From Gammaproteobacteria bacterium (GTDB lineage Bacteria; Pseudomonadota; Gammaproteobacteria; Berkiellales; Berkiellaceae): a stretch of DNA of 30,225 bases. Shown piece after piece: positions 17,579 to 27,122 of this stretch (position 1 is its first letter; every line of letters begins with the position of its first letter). The DNA is taken from NCBI GenBank assembly GCA_016874315.1, contig VGTX01000001.1, forward strand, positions 1-30,225, read 5' to 3'. The notes under the pieces are model-generated. The model saw only the letters and a program-made list of their open reading frames with translations. It was not told the DNA's origin and ran no database searches. A program made the translations under genes and the position numbers.

Positions 17579-19987
17579 ATGTCCTATGTTGCTGAGTCTC
17601 TCGTGAGTTATGAAAAAGAATTACAAAAACGCTGGGATGCTGCAAAAGCATTTCATTGCGATCTGACAACAGAGCTGGATAAAGAACCTTTTTATTGTTT
17701 GACAATGTTTCCCTACCCATCTGGACGTGTGCACATGGGACACGTAAGAAATTACACCATCGGCGATGTAATCGCTCGCTCTAAACGGATGGAAGGATAT
17801 AAAGTTTTATTCCCAACAGGGTGGGATGCGTTTGGATTACCTGCTGAAAACGCCGCTTTAAAAAATAAAACACACCCTTCTGTGTGGACAAATAATAATA
17901 TCAATGAAATGAAAACAGAACTGAAGCGATTAGGATTTAGCTATGATTGGGATCGAGAGGTCTCTACTGCAGATGCATCTTACTATGTACATGAACAAAA
18001 ATTATTTTTAGAAATGTATGAGCGCGGATTAGTTTATAAGAAAGAATCTATCGTTAATTGGGATCCGATCGATCAAACTGTTTTAGCAAATGAACAGGTC
18101 ATCGATGGCCGTGGGTGGCGCTCGGGTGCGCTTGTTGAGCGAAAAGCTATTCCTCAATGGTTTTTTAAAATCACAGCATATGCTGATGAATTGCTTAATG
18201 GACTAGAGGACTTACCTCAATGGCCAACACAAGTGAAATTAATGCAAAAAAATTGGATTGGTCGCTCGGAAGGTACTCAAATTAAATTTGTTTATAGTCA
18301 CGATCAGGCGCAATATTGCGATGTCTTCACTACATCTCTTGAAACATTAATGGGTGTAACATTCATTGCTGTTTCACCTCAACACCCTCTAGCCATTCAA
18401 GGACTCAGTTCTGAGATTTTAAAAGATCTATCTGTAGGAAGTGCAAAAGAATCTGACTTAATGACTATGGAAAAGAAAGGAGCATTTACCGGATTTTATG
18501 TCAAAAATCCGTTAACTTCCGAAAATATCCCTGTATGGGTCGCGAATTATGTCTTATCAGATTATGCTTCAGGCTGTGTTATGGGTGTGCCTGGTCATGA
18601 TGATCGCGATCGGGAATTTGCTGAAAAATATAAAATCGATATCAAAATTGTGCTGTCTGACGATCAGGTCCCTGTTCTCATCAATAGTGCTCAATATAAT
18701 GGTTGCGATATTCCAACTGCTCGGTCTCAAATGCTGCTCGTACTTGAAGAGAAAAAATTGGGACATGCCCATACACAATATCGACTAAGAGACTGGGGAA
18801 TTTCCAGGCAGCGTTATTGGGGAGCTCCTATTCCAATCATATATTGCTCTGATTGTGGCACCGTTCCAGTTCCTCAAAATCAGTTGCCTGTTGTATTGCC
18901 TTTGGACTGCCCAATTCATGAAGGGGTACATCTTAAAGATTTTGCGCCATTTATGAATACCACTTGCCCAAAATGTGGAAAATCTGCACGCCGGGAAAGC
19001 GATACATTTGATACGTTCATGGAGTCTTCTTGGTATTATGCTAGATTTCTTTCTCCGCAATCTTCTCATCCTGTAGATTCTGATTTAGCAAAACGATGGT
19101 TGCCAGTCGATCAATATATTGGCGGTGTAGAACACGCTATTTTGCATTTGTTGTACGCAAGATTTATTCATAAAGCAATGCGTGATATCGGCTGGGTGGA
19201 TTCAAACGAACCATTTCAAGCTCTATACACTCAAGGCATGGTTTTAAAAGATGGTGCAAAAATGTCTAAGTCTCTCGGAAACTTAGTAGAGCCATCAGAA
19301 TACTATGAACGTTATGGCTCAGATACAGTTCGTCTTTTTATGATGTTTGCAGCGCCATGCGATCAAGCTTTGGAATGGTCTGACCAAGGAGTTGAAGGAG
19401 CTCATCGATTCTTAATGCGTATGCAGGCAGCTGTACATCGTGTACTTAGCTACGATCGCGTACTTCCATCTTCGTATTCAGATCGTCAAAAAGAAATGAG
19501 ATACTTGATTCATAGCACAATACAAAGTGTTCGTGATGATTACGATCGAAGATTCGCTTTTAATGTTGCTATTGCTCGACAAATGACCCTCCTCAATGCC
19601 CTTTCAACATATATCTGTGAAGAAGATGGTGATTCAGCAATCGTTCGTGAAGGTGTTGAAGCCCTCGTTTATTTACTGCAGCCTGTCACGCCCCACTTTG
19701 CCCAGTATGCATATGAGATTTTGACACAAAATTCAGATTGGATTATGGATCGTGGTTGGCCTACATGTGACCAAGCGGCACTTGTTAAAGATGTAATTAT
19801 TATCCCTGTTCAAATTAATGGAAAACGTCGTTTTGAGTGTTCTGTAAAAATTGGGATTAGTGCAGATGAACTGCGTAATCAATTGATCAGTGATAATGAA
19901 TTTAAAAAATACTTTGATGGCCATGAAATTCAAAAAATGATTTATGTTCCAGAGAAGATTTGTAATTTCGTGCTGAAACCTCTATAA
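17579..19987 (+). CDS. leuS: Leucyl-tRNA synthetase
   Basis: [13 protein letters not shown] (HIGH), [49 protein letters not shown]. The leucine-specific insert before KMSKS is absent ([14 protein letters not shown]). Confidence 0.97.
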   Translation: MSYVAESLVSYEKELQKRWDAAKAFHCDLTTELDKEPFYCLTMFPYPSGRVHMGHVRNYTIGDVIARSKRMEGYKVLFPTGWDAFGLPAENAALKNKTHPSVWTNNNINEMKTELKRLGFSYDWDREVSTADASYYVHEQKLFLEMYERGLVYKKESIVNWDPIDQTVLANEQVIDGRGWRSGALVERKAIPQWFFKITAYADELLNGLEDLPQWPTQVKLMQKNWIGRSEGTQIKFVYSHDQAQYCDVFTTSLETLMGVTFIAVSPQHPLAIQGLSSEILKDLSVGSAKESDLMTMEKKGAFTGFYVKNPLTSENIPVWVANYVLSDYASGCVMGVPGHDDRDREFAEKYKIDIKIVLSDDQVPVLINSAQYNGCDIPTARSQMLLVLEEKKLGHAHTQYRLRDWGISRQRYWGAPIPIIYCSDCGTVPVPQNQLPVVLPLDCPIHEGVHLKDFAPFMNTTCPKCGKSARRESDTFDTFMESSWYYARFLSPQSSHPVDSDLAKRWLPVDQYIGGVEHAILHLLYARFIHKAMRDIGWVDSNEPFQALYTQGMVLKDGAKMSKSLGNLVEPSEYYERYGSDTVRLFMMFAAPCDQALEWSDQGVEGAHRFLMRMQAAVHRVLSYDRVLPSSYSDRQKEMRYLIHSTIQSVRDDYDRRFAFNVAIARQMTLLNALSTYICEEDGDSAIVREGVEALVYLLQPVTPHFAQYAYEILTQNSDWIMDRGWPTCDQAALVKDVIIIPVQINGKRRFECSVKIGISADELRNQLISDNEFKKYFDGHEIQKMIYVPEKICNFVLKPL

Positions 19988-20018
19988 GAGAAGACAGGTA
20001 ATATAAAAGGGTAATGAC

Positions 20019-20531
20019 ATGATCTCTTATTATAAAATGGTTCTTTTACAGATCAGCCTCTTTCTTTTGGCAGGGTGTCATCTTGTTTACGATCCATTGA
20101 TGTTCGAATGTGAGTTGCCACCGTTTTTTGTAACAACACTGGCATGGCCTAAAGAATCACAGCAAGTCCTTATGGAAAGATTAGATTTTCTAGGCTTAGT
20201 ACCAGCGACAACCCTGCATGATGCGCGGTTTGAAATAGTGCTAGATGATATTCAGCATGACTCTATAGAGCATTGGATTGATACGGTTGATCATGTGTTT
20301 TATCGCAACTACTATTCAAAAATGCATGCAAAATGCGTTGATAGACTCACCGGTGTTGTTATCTTTGATAAAGTTTTTCAAGCTACTCAAACACTCAAAA
20401 CCGATCCACATGTTTATCTGACAAATCAAATGGCTCTTTCAGAGCTCTATTGGAGTCAGCAAATCGATTTATTTGACCAACTTACTCGTGAACTGAAAAC
20501 ATTATGCGTAATGAATCCTTCTGGCAATTAA
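20019..20531 (+). CDS. lptE: LPS-assembly lipoprotein LptE-like (divergent)
   Basis: Lipobox LAGC at aa 17-20, 170 aa, located immediately after leuS as in leuS-lptE-holA. Confidence 0.62.
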   Translation: MISYYKMVLLQISLFLLAGCHLVYDPLMFECELPPFFVTTLAWPKESQQVLMERLDFLGLVPATTLHDARFEIVLDDIQHDSIEHWIDTVDHVFYRNYYSKMHAKCVDRLTGVVIFDKVFQATQTLKTDPHVYLTNQMALSELYWSQQIDLFDQLTRELKTLCVMNPSGN

Positions 20532-21301
20532 ATTGGGACGATTTAGATCAGACGAAATGTATTATCATCCAGAGTGATGATGAAAGTGCTGTTGAAGCGC
20601 TTTTACTTGAGCTGGCAAAGATCTTTCATAAATCTTGGATAAATCCACATGAGCTGTTTTACGACAGCTCAGACTCTGTTAGCCCACAGTGGCAACTTGT
20701 TTCGAATATTAATTTATTACCATATGCCACAGACGATCATATAACTTTCTGTAACCCTTCAGCTAGTCAAAATCGCATGCAATCTCAGAATATACCGGAT
20801 GATACTAGGGTGGTATTTTGTGCTCCTCCATCGCTAGAGCAATGGAATGATTTTCTCAATCATTGCTTTGGGAATTGCAATTTTTCTGAAAAATCGCCTT
20901 GTCCTCAAACACTATGGCTTGCACATACGTATTTGCAGGAGTTAAGGCTTTTTCAAAAAGTTTTGCCATATCATGAAGAAGAGCTTACTGTGGACCGATT
21001 TGATTTAATAGCAAAACTTATGGAATCTCCTGGCCTTATCAATCATCTCTCTCAAACAGAGATGAATCAATTAACTTATTCCTGTGATAAATTAAATCAA
21101 GCTCTCTGCATTCCAATGATTTTCCGAGAAGTGCTCCCCAATTCACTACAACAGATTGTGCAGAAAAAACAAAATGCCAGCCGGTCTGAGCAAGATCTGT
21201 TGCAAGAAATATATCAACGATTTTTAAAGGCGGTCGCACAGTCTGAATTAGATTCTGCACAGACTCTGCTCCAACTTTGGCTCTCACTTTGGGCTAAATA
21301 G
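20504..21301 (+). CDS. holA: Probable highly divergent DNA polymerase III delta subunit
   Basis: Overlaps lptE in the holA position. N-terminal beta-alpha pattern CIIIQSDDESAVEALL and a C-terminal helical pattern ending LLQLWLSL. Short (265 aa) with few conserved motifs, so the call rests mostly on synteny. Confidence 0.5.
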   Translation: MRNESFWQLNWDDLDQTKCIIIQSDDESAVEALLLELAKIFHKSWINPHELFYDSSDSVSPQWQLVSNINLLPYATDDHITFCNPSASQNRMQSQNIPDDTRVVFCAPPSLEQWNDFLNHCFGNCNFSEKSPCPQTLWLAHTYLQELRLFQKVLPYHEEELTVDRFDLIAKLMESPGLINHLSQTEMNQLTYSCDKLNQALCIPMIFREVLPNSLQQIVQKKQNASRSEQDLLQEIYQRFLKAVAQSELDSAQTLLQLWLSLWAK

Positions 21302-21791
21302 CTGTTACATCTTGATTGTGACCATATTTTATTAATGTTAGCTCTGGTCCCATTTGTGTTTGCTCAACGATCTCTCGTTTCTGTAATAATTCCATTGGAA
21401 AATATATATCCGCAACAACTGCTCGATGTATATGTGTAATATATGCATAGTCGCATTGAGACTCGAATAGTCGAAAAACCTCCGACCCCCCAATAACAAA
21501 TGCCTTTTCGCATTGAGTATCCCTGCACCAGGATAAAATATCCTCTACCGAGTTAAACCAATACACATTATCCTTGCTTATGTCCGGAGCCCCTCTGGAA
21601 AGCACTAAGTGCGGGCGGTTGGGCAAGATTCTACCTAGAGAGTGATATGTTTTGCGACCCATAATAATAGGGTGCCCAAAAGTCGTTTCTTTGAAGTGTT
21701 TGAGATCTTCCGGATAATGCCAAGGTAAGCGTCCTGAATAGCCCAACTCGCCGCGTGGCCCAATAGCTGCAATCAAAATCAAGGTAGTCAT
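21294..21791 (-). CDS. folA: Dihydrofolate reductase
   Basis: LILIAAIG, LPWHYPEDLKHFKETT, IIMGRKTY.SLGR.LPNR, FVIGGSEVF, ADIYFP. ATG 21791 preferred, because the track start at 21881 overlaps the kinase gene. Confidence 0.94.
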   Translation of the reverse strand: MTTLILIAAIGPRGELGYSGRLPWHYPEDLKHFKETTFGHPIIMGRKTYHSLGRILPNRPHLVLSRGAPDISKDNVYWFNSVEDILSWCRDTQCEKAFVIGGSEVFRLFESQCDYAYITHIHRAVVADIYFPMELLQKREIVEQTQMGPELTLIKYGHNQDVTAI

Positions 21792-21852
21792 TTTTTTAAC
21801 ACATACTAAACTTCGTATTAGGTCAGTTATCTTAATACAGGAAATAATATAA

Positions 21853-23760
21853 ATGGAACTCTCTTCCTTAAAACATTCCATAGCACGTAAGTTGCTAACA
21901 ATCGTATTCTCGCTTTATACGATCGTAACTGTGACTGTGACTGGATTACATATGTACTTTGAATATCGTGGTGCAGAGGAGCGTATTAATACCGATTTGA
22001 AATTCTATGCGAGCATGATTGTACCGTCCTTGTCAGAATCAATCTGGAATTTTAGTAGCCAGGGGATTCAAACAATTATCCAAGGCATTGCAAAAAGCCC
22101 CTCTTTAGTCGGAGCTAAAGTTCTTGATGAGCGCGGAAATCAATGGAACTCTGCCTTTGCTCCTAGTGACCAAGCTCCTGGTATGTTTGTATACTTCGAC
22201 CCAAAAACCGGAGATGCAGATTTAAACAATAAACAAAGTGCATCACACTCATTTAATTATAAAGAGGAAATTTTCTTTTCTGACGAAACTGGTGAGCGTA
22301 TTAAAATTGGAACATTAATTTTATACTCTTCATCTAGCATTGTGTTCGGACAAGTGCGTGATGCATTTATCATTATTCTTTTAAATGCTGCTATTAAAAT
22401 TTCAGCGCTGTGGGCTCTGTTCTTAATATATGGATATAAGCTTTTGACAAAACCATTAAATGCCTTAACTCAAGCAACGCAAGCTGTTCGTCAAGGAAAC
22501 TTTTCTAATCCAGACCTGCCAGTTGCTTCCTCTTGGCCAACAGAGATTGAGATATTGAATGACAATTTTAATGTTATGACAAAAGACTTAAGTACCGCTC
22601 AATCACGACTTCTTGAAGCTCAAAAAAGAACAAGAAGTATCATTGATTCAATGCCATCTATGATTGTAGGAGTGTCCGCGGACCATCATATTACAGATTG
22701 GAATGCGCATATGGTTGACTTTACCGGGGTAACGCTTGACGCCGCCCAAGGAAAAGTCTTTAATGAAGTCGCTGCAGAATATCAGTTCTTGCTTGAGACA
22801 ATTGACCGCTCTATCAAGGAAAAGAGTATTCAGCGTCTAGAAAAACAATCAATCTACCATGACAATAAACGCTCATTTCAGGATATCCTTATCTATCCTA
22901 TTGCATTAGAAAATGAACTCGGAGCAGTTGTTCGAATGGATGATGTTACAAATCGAATTCAGCTTGAGAAAGTAATGTCACAAAATGCAAAAATGTCATC
23001 CGTTGGAACATTAGCTGCAGGCATGGCTCATCAATTAAGTACACCAATTGGAGCAATTTCTCAGGGTGTTCAAAACATTCATCGCCGACTCGATCCAGCC
23101 TTAGAGGCAAATAAAGACGTTGCAACAGAAATGGCAATCGATTTACAAAAAGTTTCTGAATACTTAGAAAAGAGAAAAGTTACTGAATTCTTAACACAAG
23201 TTGAGCACTCCGTAGAAGATGCAAACAAAATTCTTAATAACCTTCTTGCATTCTCAAAACCCAGTACATCTGTCAAATCAACAGTGGATTTAAAAACATT
23301 ACTTAATCATGCACTCGAGCTTGCAAAAAGTGATTACGATTTAACTAAGAAAATGGATTTCGCTCATACAACTGTGAACTTAAATATGCCTGAATCAGCA
23401 CTGAATGTTTATGTAGCAAGCACAGATATCGAACAAGCTCTGCTTAGTATCATCAAATATAGTGCACAAAATATGCAATATATCGATCGTGCACGTAGCA
23501 TTACAGTGACCGCTAGCCTCGAAGAGGGCTTCGTCTCTCTCGAATTAAGAGATAATGGACCAGGTTTAGAGGCTGAGGTCTTATCTCATGTTTTCGATCC
23601 ATTTTTCACTCAAAAAACTCAAGGAGAGCAAATTGGCATGGGGCTATCTGTGAGTTATAAAACAATTACGGAAGAGCATAATGGCTCAATGAGCATCGAA
23701 AATGCTCAACCCACGGGACTGGTTTTCAAAATCTTATTACCAGTTTCTAGTAATAAATGA
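21853..23760 (+). CDS. Membrane sensor histidine kinase-like protein (TM-periplasmic-TM-HAMP-PAS-DHp-HATPase) with degenerate catalytic motifs
   Basis: Two TM helices; HAMP (KPLNAL...EIEILNDNFNVM); PAS (IIDSMPSMIVGVS.D..ITDWN); H-box AGMAHQLSTP; DNGPG; FDPFFT; GMGLS. Confidence 0.9.
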   Translation: MELSSLKHSIARKLLTIVFSLYTIVTVTVTGLHMYFEYRGAEERINTDLKFYASMIVPSLSESIWNFSSQGIQTIIQGIAKSPSLVGAKVLDERGNQWNSAFAPSDQAPGMFVYFDPKTGDADLNNKQSASHSFNYKEEIFFSDETGERIKIGTLILYSSSSIVFGQVRDAFIIILLNAAIKISALWALFLIYGYKLLTKPLNALTQATQAVRQGNFSNPDLPVASSWPTEIEILNDNFNVMTKDLSTAQSRLLEAQKRTRSIIDSMPSMIVGVSADHHITDWNAHMVDFTGVTLDAAQGKVFNEVAAEYQFLLETIDRSIKEKSIQRLEKQSIYHDNKRSFQDILIYPIALENELGAVVRMDDVTNRIQLEKVMSQNAKMSSVGTLAAGMAHQLSTPIGAISQGVQNIHRRLDPALEANKDVATEMAIDLQKVSEYLEKRKVTEFLTQVEHSVEDANKILNNLLAFSKPSTSVKSTVDLKTLLNHALELAKSDYDLTKKMDFAHTTVNLNMPESALNVYVASTDIEQALLSIIKYSAQNMQYIDRARSITVTASLEEGFVSLELRDNGPGLEAEVLSHVFDPFFTQKTQGEQIGMGLSVSYKTITEEHNGSMSIENAQPTGLVFKILLPVSSNK

Positions 23761-23840
23761 TATGCGCCTTATTTAAGGAATTGGCTGTAAGTTAGGCTTC
23801 ATGTTATGCTTCTGAGTAAGTTATTTTTCTCAGGAGCAAC

Positions 23841-25289
23841 ATGACTCTAAACTTTCAAGATATTGCCGAGAGATTTTATAATCCATGGCATCTCGATACA
23901 CAAACATTGCTCAATGTTGTTGATAATATGTACTCACCAGGTATGATTTGCGCAGACTTGTATTTAGAATACAATAAACGCCACTCCTGGAGCGTAGAGG
24001 ATTCACTCTTCAAAGACGGTTGTGCACAGCAAGGCTATGGCGCAGGATTAAGAGCAGTCCATGGTGAGCAGATTGGTTTCTCATCTACATCAGATTTATC
24101 TCCTTCTTTACTTATGAAGAAAGCCGCTGAAACACGTGCATTTGTATCTGCAGATGAGCATAAATCTAGACGGCTAGAAATGCATTCTATACCGACTTAT
24201 GCGGCATATTATAACCAAGAAATATTAAATATTGATCTGAACGAAATTAAAGATTTGCTTTTATCCATTGATGCCGCGGCGCGTGCACGCTCTCCAATGG
24301 TGTCACAAGTTCTCATCGATCTAGTCTATTCACAATCCGAATGCATTATTGTGCGTGAGGATGGACGTATTGGCTTCGACCGGCGGCCACTCATTCGTAT
24401 GAATGTCACGATGTTGATTTCAGATGAATCTGGAAAAACATACCATGGATACTATGGATTCGGAGGGCGATATGATTGGGCACAATGGCGCAGTTTATGG
24501 AATATTCCCGATCTTATCGAGGAAATTTATCGTTTAGCATGTTTAGAAAAAACAGCACAACCCGCACCTAGTGGGGTAATGCCTGTGATTGTAGGTGCTG
24601 GTTGGCCTGCTGTTCTTATTCATGAAGCTGTTGGTCATGGAATTGAAGCCGATTTCAATCGTAAAAAGACATCTATTTATCACGATCAGAGAGGGCAGCT
24701 TGTTGCTTCACCACTCTGCACCATTATTGATGATGGTACAGTCACAGGATTGCGTGGTTCTTTAAATATTGATGATGAGGGTGAGCAAACTCAGAAAACT
24801 GTTTTGATTGAAAACGGTATTCTAAAAAATTATTTATTTGATAGACAAAATGCAGCTCTAATGGGAGAGAAAACAACAGGTAATGGACGACGTGAATCCG
24901 CATTCCACTGCCCTATGCCTCGTATGACCAATACATATCTACAAGCTGGATCGGATTCTGTCGAAGATATGATTGCGTCTGTAGATGATGGAATATATGC
25001 TGCAAACTTTGAAGGTGGCAGTGTAGATATTACATCTGGCCAATTCGTTTTTAGTGCTCATGAAGCTTATCGTATTCGTAATGGTAAAATCGCAGAGCCT
25101 GTGCGCGGCGCCACTTTGATTGGGATCGGACCAGAAGTGCTTAAACAAATCTCCATGGTTGGTAAAGATTTTAAACACGACCCTGGTGTGGGCACATGTG
25201 TGAAAAATGGACAGTCTGTTCCTGTATCTGTAGGACAGCCTGCAGTTAAGATCGATCAACTCGTTGTTGGAGGTGAAAATGAAAAATGA
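23841..25289 (+). CDS. tldD: Metalloprotease TldD
   Basis: ADLYLEY, DRRPLIRMNV, GWPAVLIHEAVGHGIEADFNRK, DDGT...RGSLNIDDEG, GNGRRES, PMPRMTNT, GTCVKNGQSVPV. Confidence 0.95.
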   Translation: MTLNFQDIAERFYNPWHLDTQTLLNVVDNMYSPGMICADLYLEYNKRHSWSVEDSLFKDGCAQQGYGAGLRAVHGEQIGFSSTSDLSPSLLMKKAAETRAFVSADEHKSRRLEMHSIPTYAAYYNQEILNIDLNEIKDLLLSIDAAARARSPMVSQVLIDLVYSQSECIIVREDGRIGFDRRPLIRMNVTMLISDESGKTYHGYYGFGGRYDWAQWRSLWNIPDLIEEIYRLACLEKTAQPAPSGVMPVIVGAGWPAVLIHEAVGHGIEADFNRKKTSIYHDQRGQLVASPLCTIIDDGTVTGLRGSLNIDDEGEQTQKTVLIENGILKNYLFDRQNAALMGEKTTGNGRRESAFHCPMPRMTNTYLQAGSDSVEDMIASVDDGIYAANFEGGSVDITSGQFVFSAHEAYRIRNGKIAEPVRGATLIGIGPEVLKQISMVGKDFKHDPGVGTCVKNGQSVPVSVGQPAVKIDQLVVGGENEK

Positions 25290-26661
25290 TTTTATCATTA
25301 GCGCACGAAGCGTGCGCAACGAACACACATCAGAAAAAATAATATCCCAACTTCGTAATTTTATCGATCTGATAAATACTCGATCGGAATGCACTGATTG
25401 GGAAATAACTTATAGTGAAGAAGATAGCCTCTCTTTAACAGTGCGTAATAGCCTTACAGAAGAATGTATGCAGTCTGCAACGCGCCAGCTGGTAATTAAT
25501 GTATTAATTGGTGCGCAAAGCGGAACTGCAACATGCTTAGGAGCTCAATGGTCTGATTGGCTTGAAACATTAGAACATGCTATTGGAATTGCACAGCTAT
25601 CTCAACCAGATCCATTTCATGCACTTCCTCCGGAGCAGTATTTTTCACAACCCATTCCAACACTCGAAATATGCAGTCCTGAAGAGGTCTCTTTTCAAAG
25701 TCTTGTTAATCGCGCAATAGATCTGGAAAAGATCGCATCAGGATTACAAGGACACCACCAAAAAGGGACTCGTCTTCAATCTGATGGAGCGTCTATTGGT
25801 GCTGATTTTCATTGGATTGTTCGTGCAAATAGTAAAGGGTTATGGGCAATCATACCGTCTAGTTCATTTGCTCAATCTGTATCGCTTTTGGCGCATTTGG
25901 ATGACTATCATGAGTCAGATGGTGCTTATGAATATTGTCGCCGGTTCACAGATTTAAAAAATATAGATACGTTTGCTCTACTCGCTCAAGATCGTGTTTG
26001 TGGAAAAATTGGAAAGAAAAAAATTCCAACAGGGAATTATCCAGTGATTTTTAGTCCTCGTTGTGCAAGAGGCTGGATTAAGCATCTATGCTCAGCATTA
26101 TCAGGTCGTTCACAGTATTTAAAATCGACATTTTTACTCGATTATTGTGATAAACCCATTTTGCCTCAATGGGTGAATATCTCAGATAATCCACATAGCC
26201 CATGGGGGAAATCATCATATCCTATCGATAGTGATGGCTTAGTGACTAGGCCTCATGAATTTATTGTCGACGGAGTGGTAAAAGAATATTTACTATCATA
26301 TTATTCTGCGTTGCGATTAAATCGTACACCAAATGCCCTAGGTGATGGATTAAAAAATGTCCACATGACAACTAACATTGAGTCTCTTAATGAAATTGTA
26401 AAAAAATATCCTCAATGCATCGTCGTGGATGGTGTTATGGGTAACGGTGTAAATTTGATTCAGGGCTCATATTCGCAAGGAATTGAAGGGTTTTTATATC
26501 AAAATGGAGAAAAGATTCATCCCTTACAAGAAGTAACAATCGCTACAACATTGTTGCCATTTTATCAGTCGCTTGAATATCATGCTAATGATGCTGAAGG
26601 TGATTCTGGCTTTCAAATCGGTAGTCTTGCATTTCCAATGATGCGCGTATCATCTCAATAA
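25279..26661 (+). CDS. pmbA: Metalloprotease subunit PmbA/TldE
   Basis: SD ggaggt then ATG 25279 overlapping the end of tldD; YPVIFSP, LSGRSQYLKSTFL, DSDGL, YSALRL, VMGNGVNLIQGSYSQGIEGF, EVTIA. Confidence 0.88.
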   Translation: MKNDFIISARSVRNEHTSEKIISQLRNFIDLINTRSECTDWEITYSEEDSLSLTVRNSLTEECMQSATRQLVINVLIGAQSGTATCLGAQWSDWLETLEHAIGIAQLSQPDPFHALPPEQYFSQPIPTLEICSPEEVSFQSLVNRAIDLEKIASGLQGHHQKGTRLQSDGASIGADFHWIVRANSKGLWAIIPSSSFAQSVSLLAHLDDYHESDGAYEYCRRFTDLKNIDTFALLAQDRVCGKIGKKKIPTGNYPVIFSPRCARGWIKHLCSALSGRSQYLKSTFLLDYCDKPILPQWVNISDNPHSPWGKSSYPIDSDGLVTRPHEFIVDGVVKEYLLSYYSALRLNRTPNALGDGLKNVHMTTNIESLNEIVKKYPQCIVVDGVMGNGVNLIQGSYSQGIEGFLYQNGEKIHPLQEVTIATTLLPFYQSLEYHANDAEGDSGFQIGSLAFPMMRVSSQ

Positions 26662-26666
26662 CAAGA

Positions 26667-26709
26667 TTCAGCAGAAAAGCCTTCATGATGAATGAAGGCT
26701 GCTGCTGAA
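26667..26709. terminator. Probable bidirectional terminator hairpin between convergent pmbA and hpf
   Basis: ttcagcag-aaa-agccttcat-gatga-atgaaggct-g-ctgctgaa: 9-bp plus 8-bp stems. U tracts are weak. Confidence 0.55.
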
Positions 26710-26717
26710 GACCAATG

Positions 26718-27110
26718 TTAGTCGTGCTGACATCCTGAATGATCGCCATGGTGGTGATGATGTCCATGATGTCTTTGATAAGCTTTCCCTCTCAAATGCT
26801 CAACATGATTCTCAAAAGCCTCAAATGTTTCAAGGAGTGTAGAGAGCATATCTAGACCGGTTTTTTTGATTGGCTCACAGTTTAAATGACTAAATTTTGG
26901 ATCCCACTTGATCTCGAAATGATGATGATCGTCATGATGCTGTCCAGTTTTATTCACTGTAATATCCAGTTTTTGCAAGTCAGGATAAACATGGCTGAGA
27001 TGTTCATAACGATGATGAATCCAGTGCTCACATTCAGTTTTTTCATGGCCAGAAAGCGACCCATTTAAATGAATATGCATATCAAGTTTCTCAGTACGCT
27101 TTTGCGACAT
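26718..27110 (-). CDS. hpf: Histidine-rich HPF/RaiA-family (ribosome hibernation) protein
   Basis: Directly downstream of rpoN. MHIHLNG, WIHHRYEHLSHVYPDLQKLDITV and GLDMLSTLLETFEAFENHV map onto HPF MQLNITG, FVTAKFAKLEQYFDRINQVYVVL and GQDMYAAIDGLIDKLARQL. SD aggag lies 9 nt before ATG 27110 (track start 27119). Confidence 0.72.
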   Translation of the reverse strand: MSQKRTEKLDMHIHLNGSLSGHEKTECEHWIHHRYEHLSHVYPDLQKLDITVNKTGQHHDDHHHFEIKWDPKFSHLNCEPIKKTGLDMLSTLLETFEAFENHVEHLRGKAYQRHHGHHHHHGDHSGCQHD

Positions 27111-27122
27111 AACTTTCATCTC

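Noticed and set aside
23781-23797. ttGGctgtaagttagGC upstream of tldD as a sigma-54 promoter
   Set aside because: GG-to-GC spacing is 11 rather than 10, and the CAC and TT consensus bases are missing.
24939-25394. 151-aa antisense ORF across the tldD/pmbA junction
   Set aside because: Shadow ORF opposite two well-supported genes, with no motif.
23841-26661. tldD-pmbA as part of a RiPP/microcin cluster
   Set aside because: No precursor peptide, YcaO or exporter nearby; the pair is a widespread housekeeping protease.
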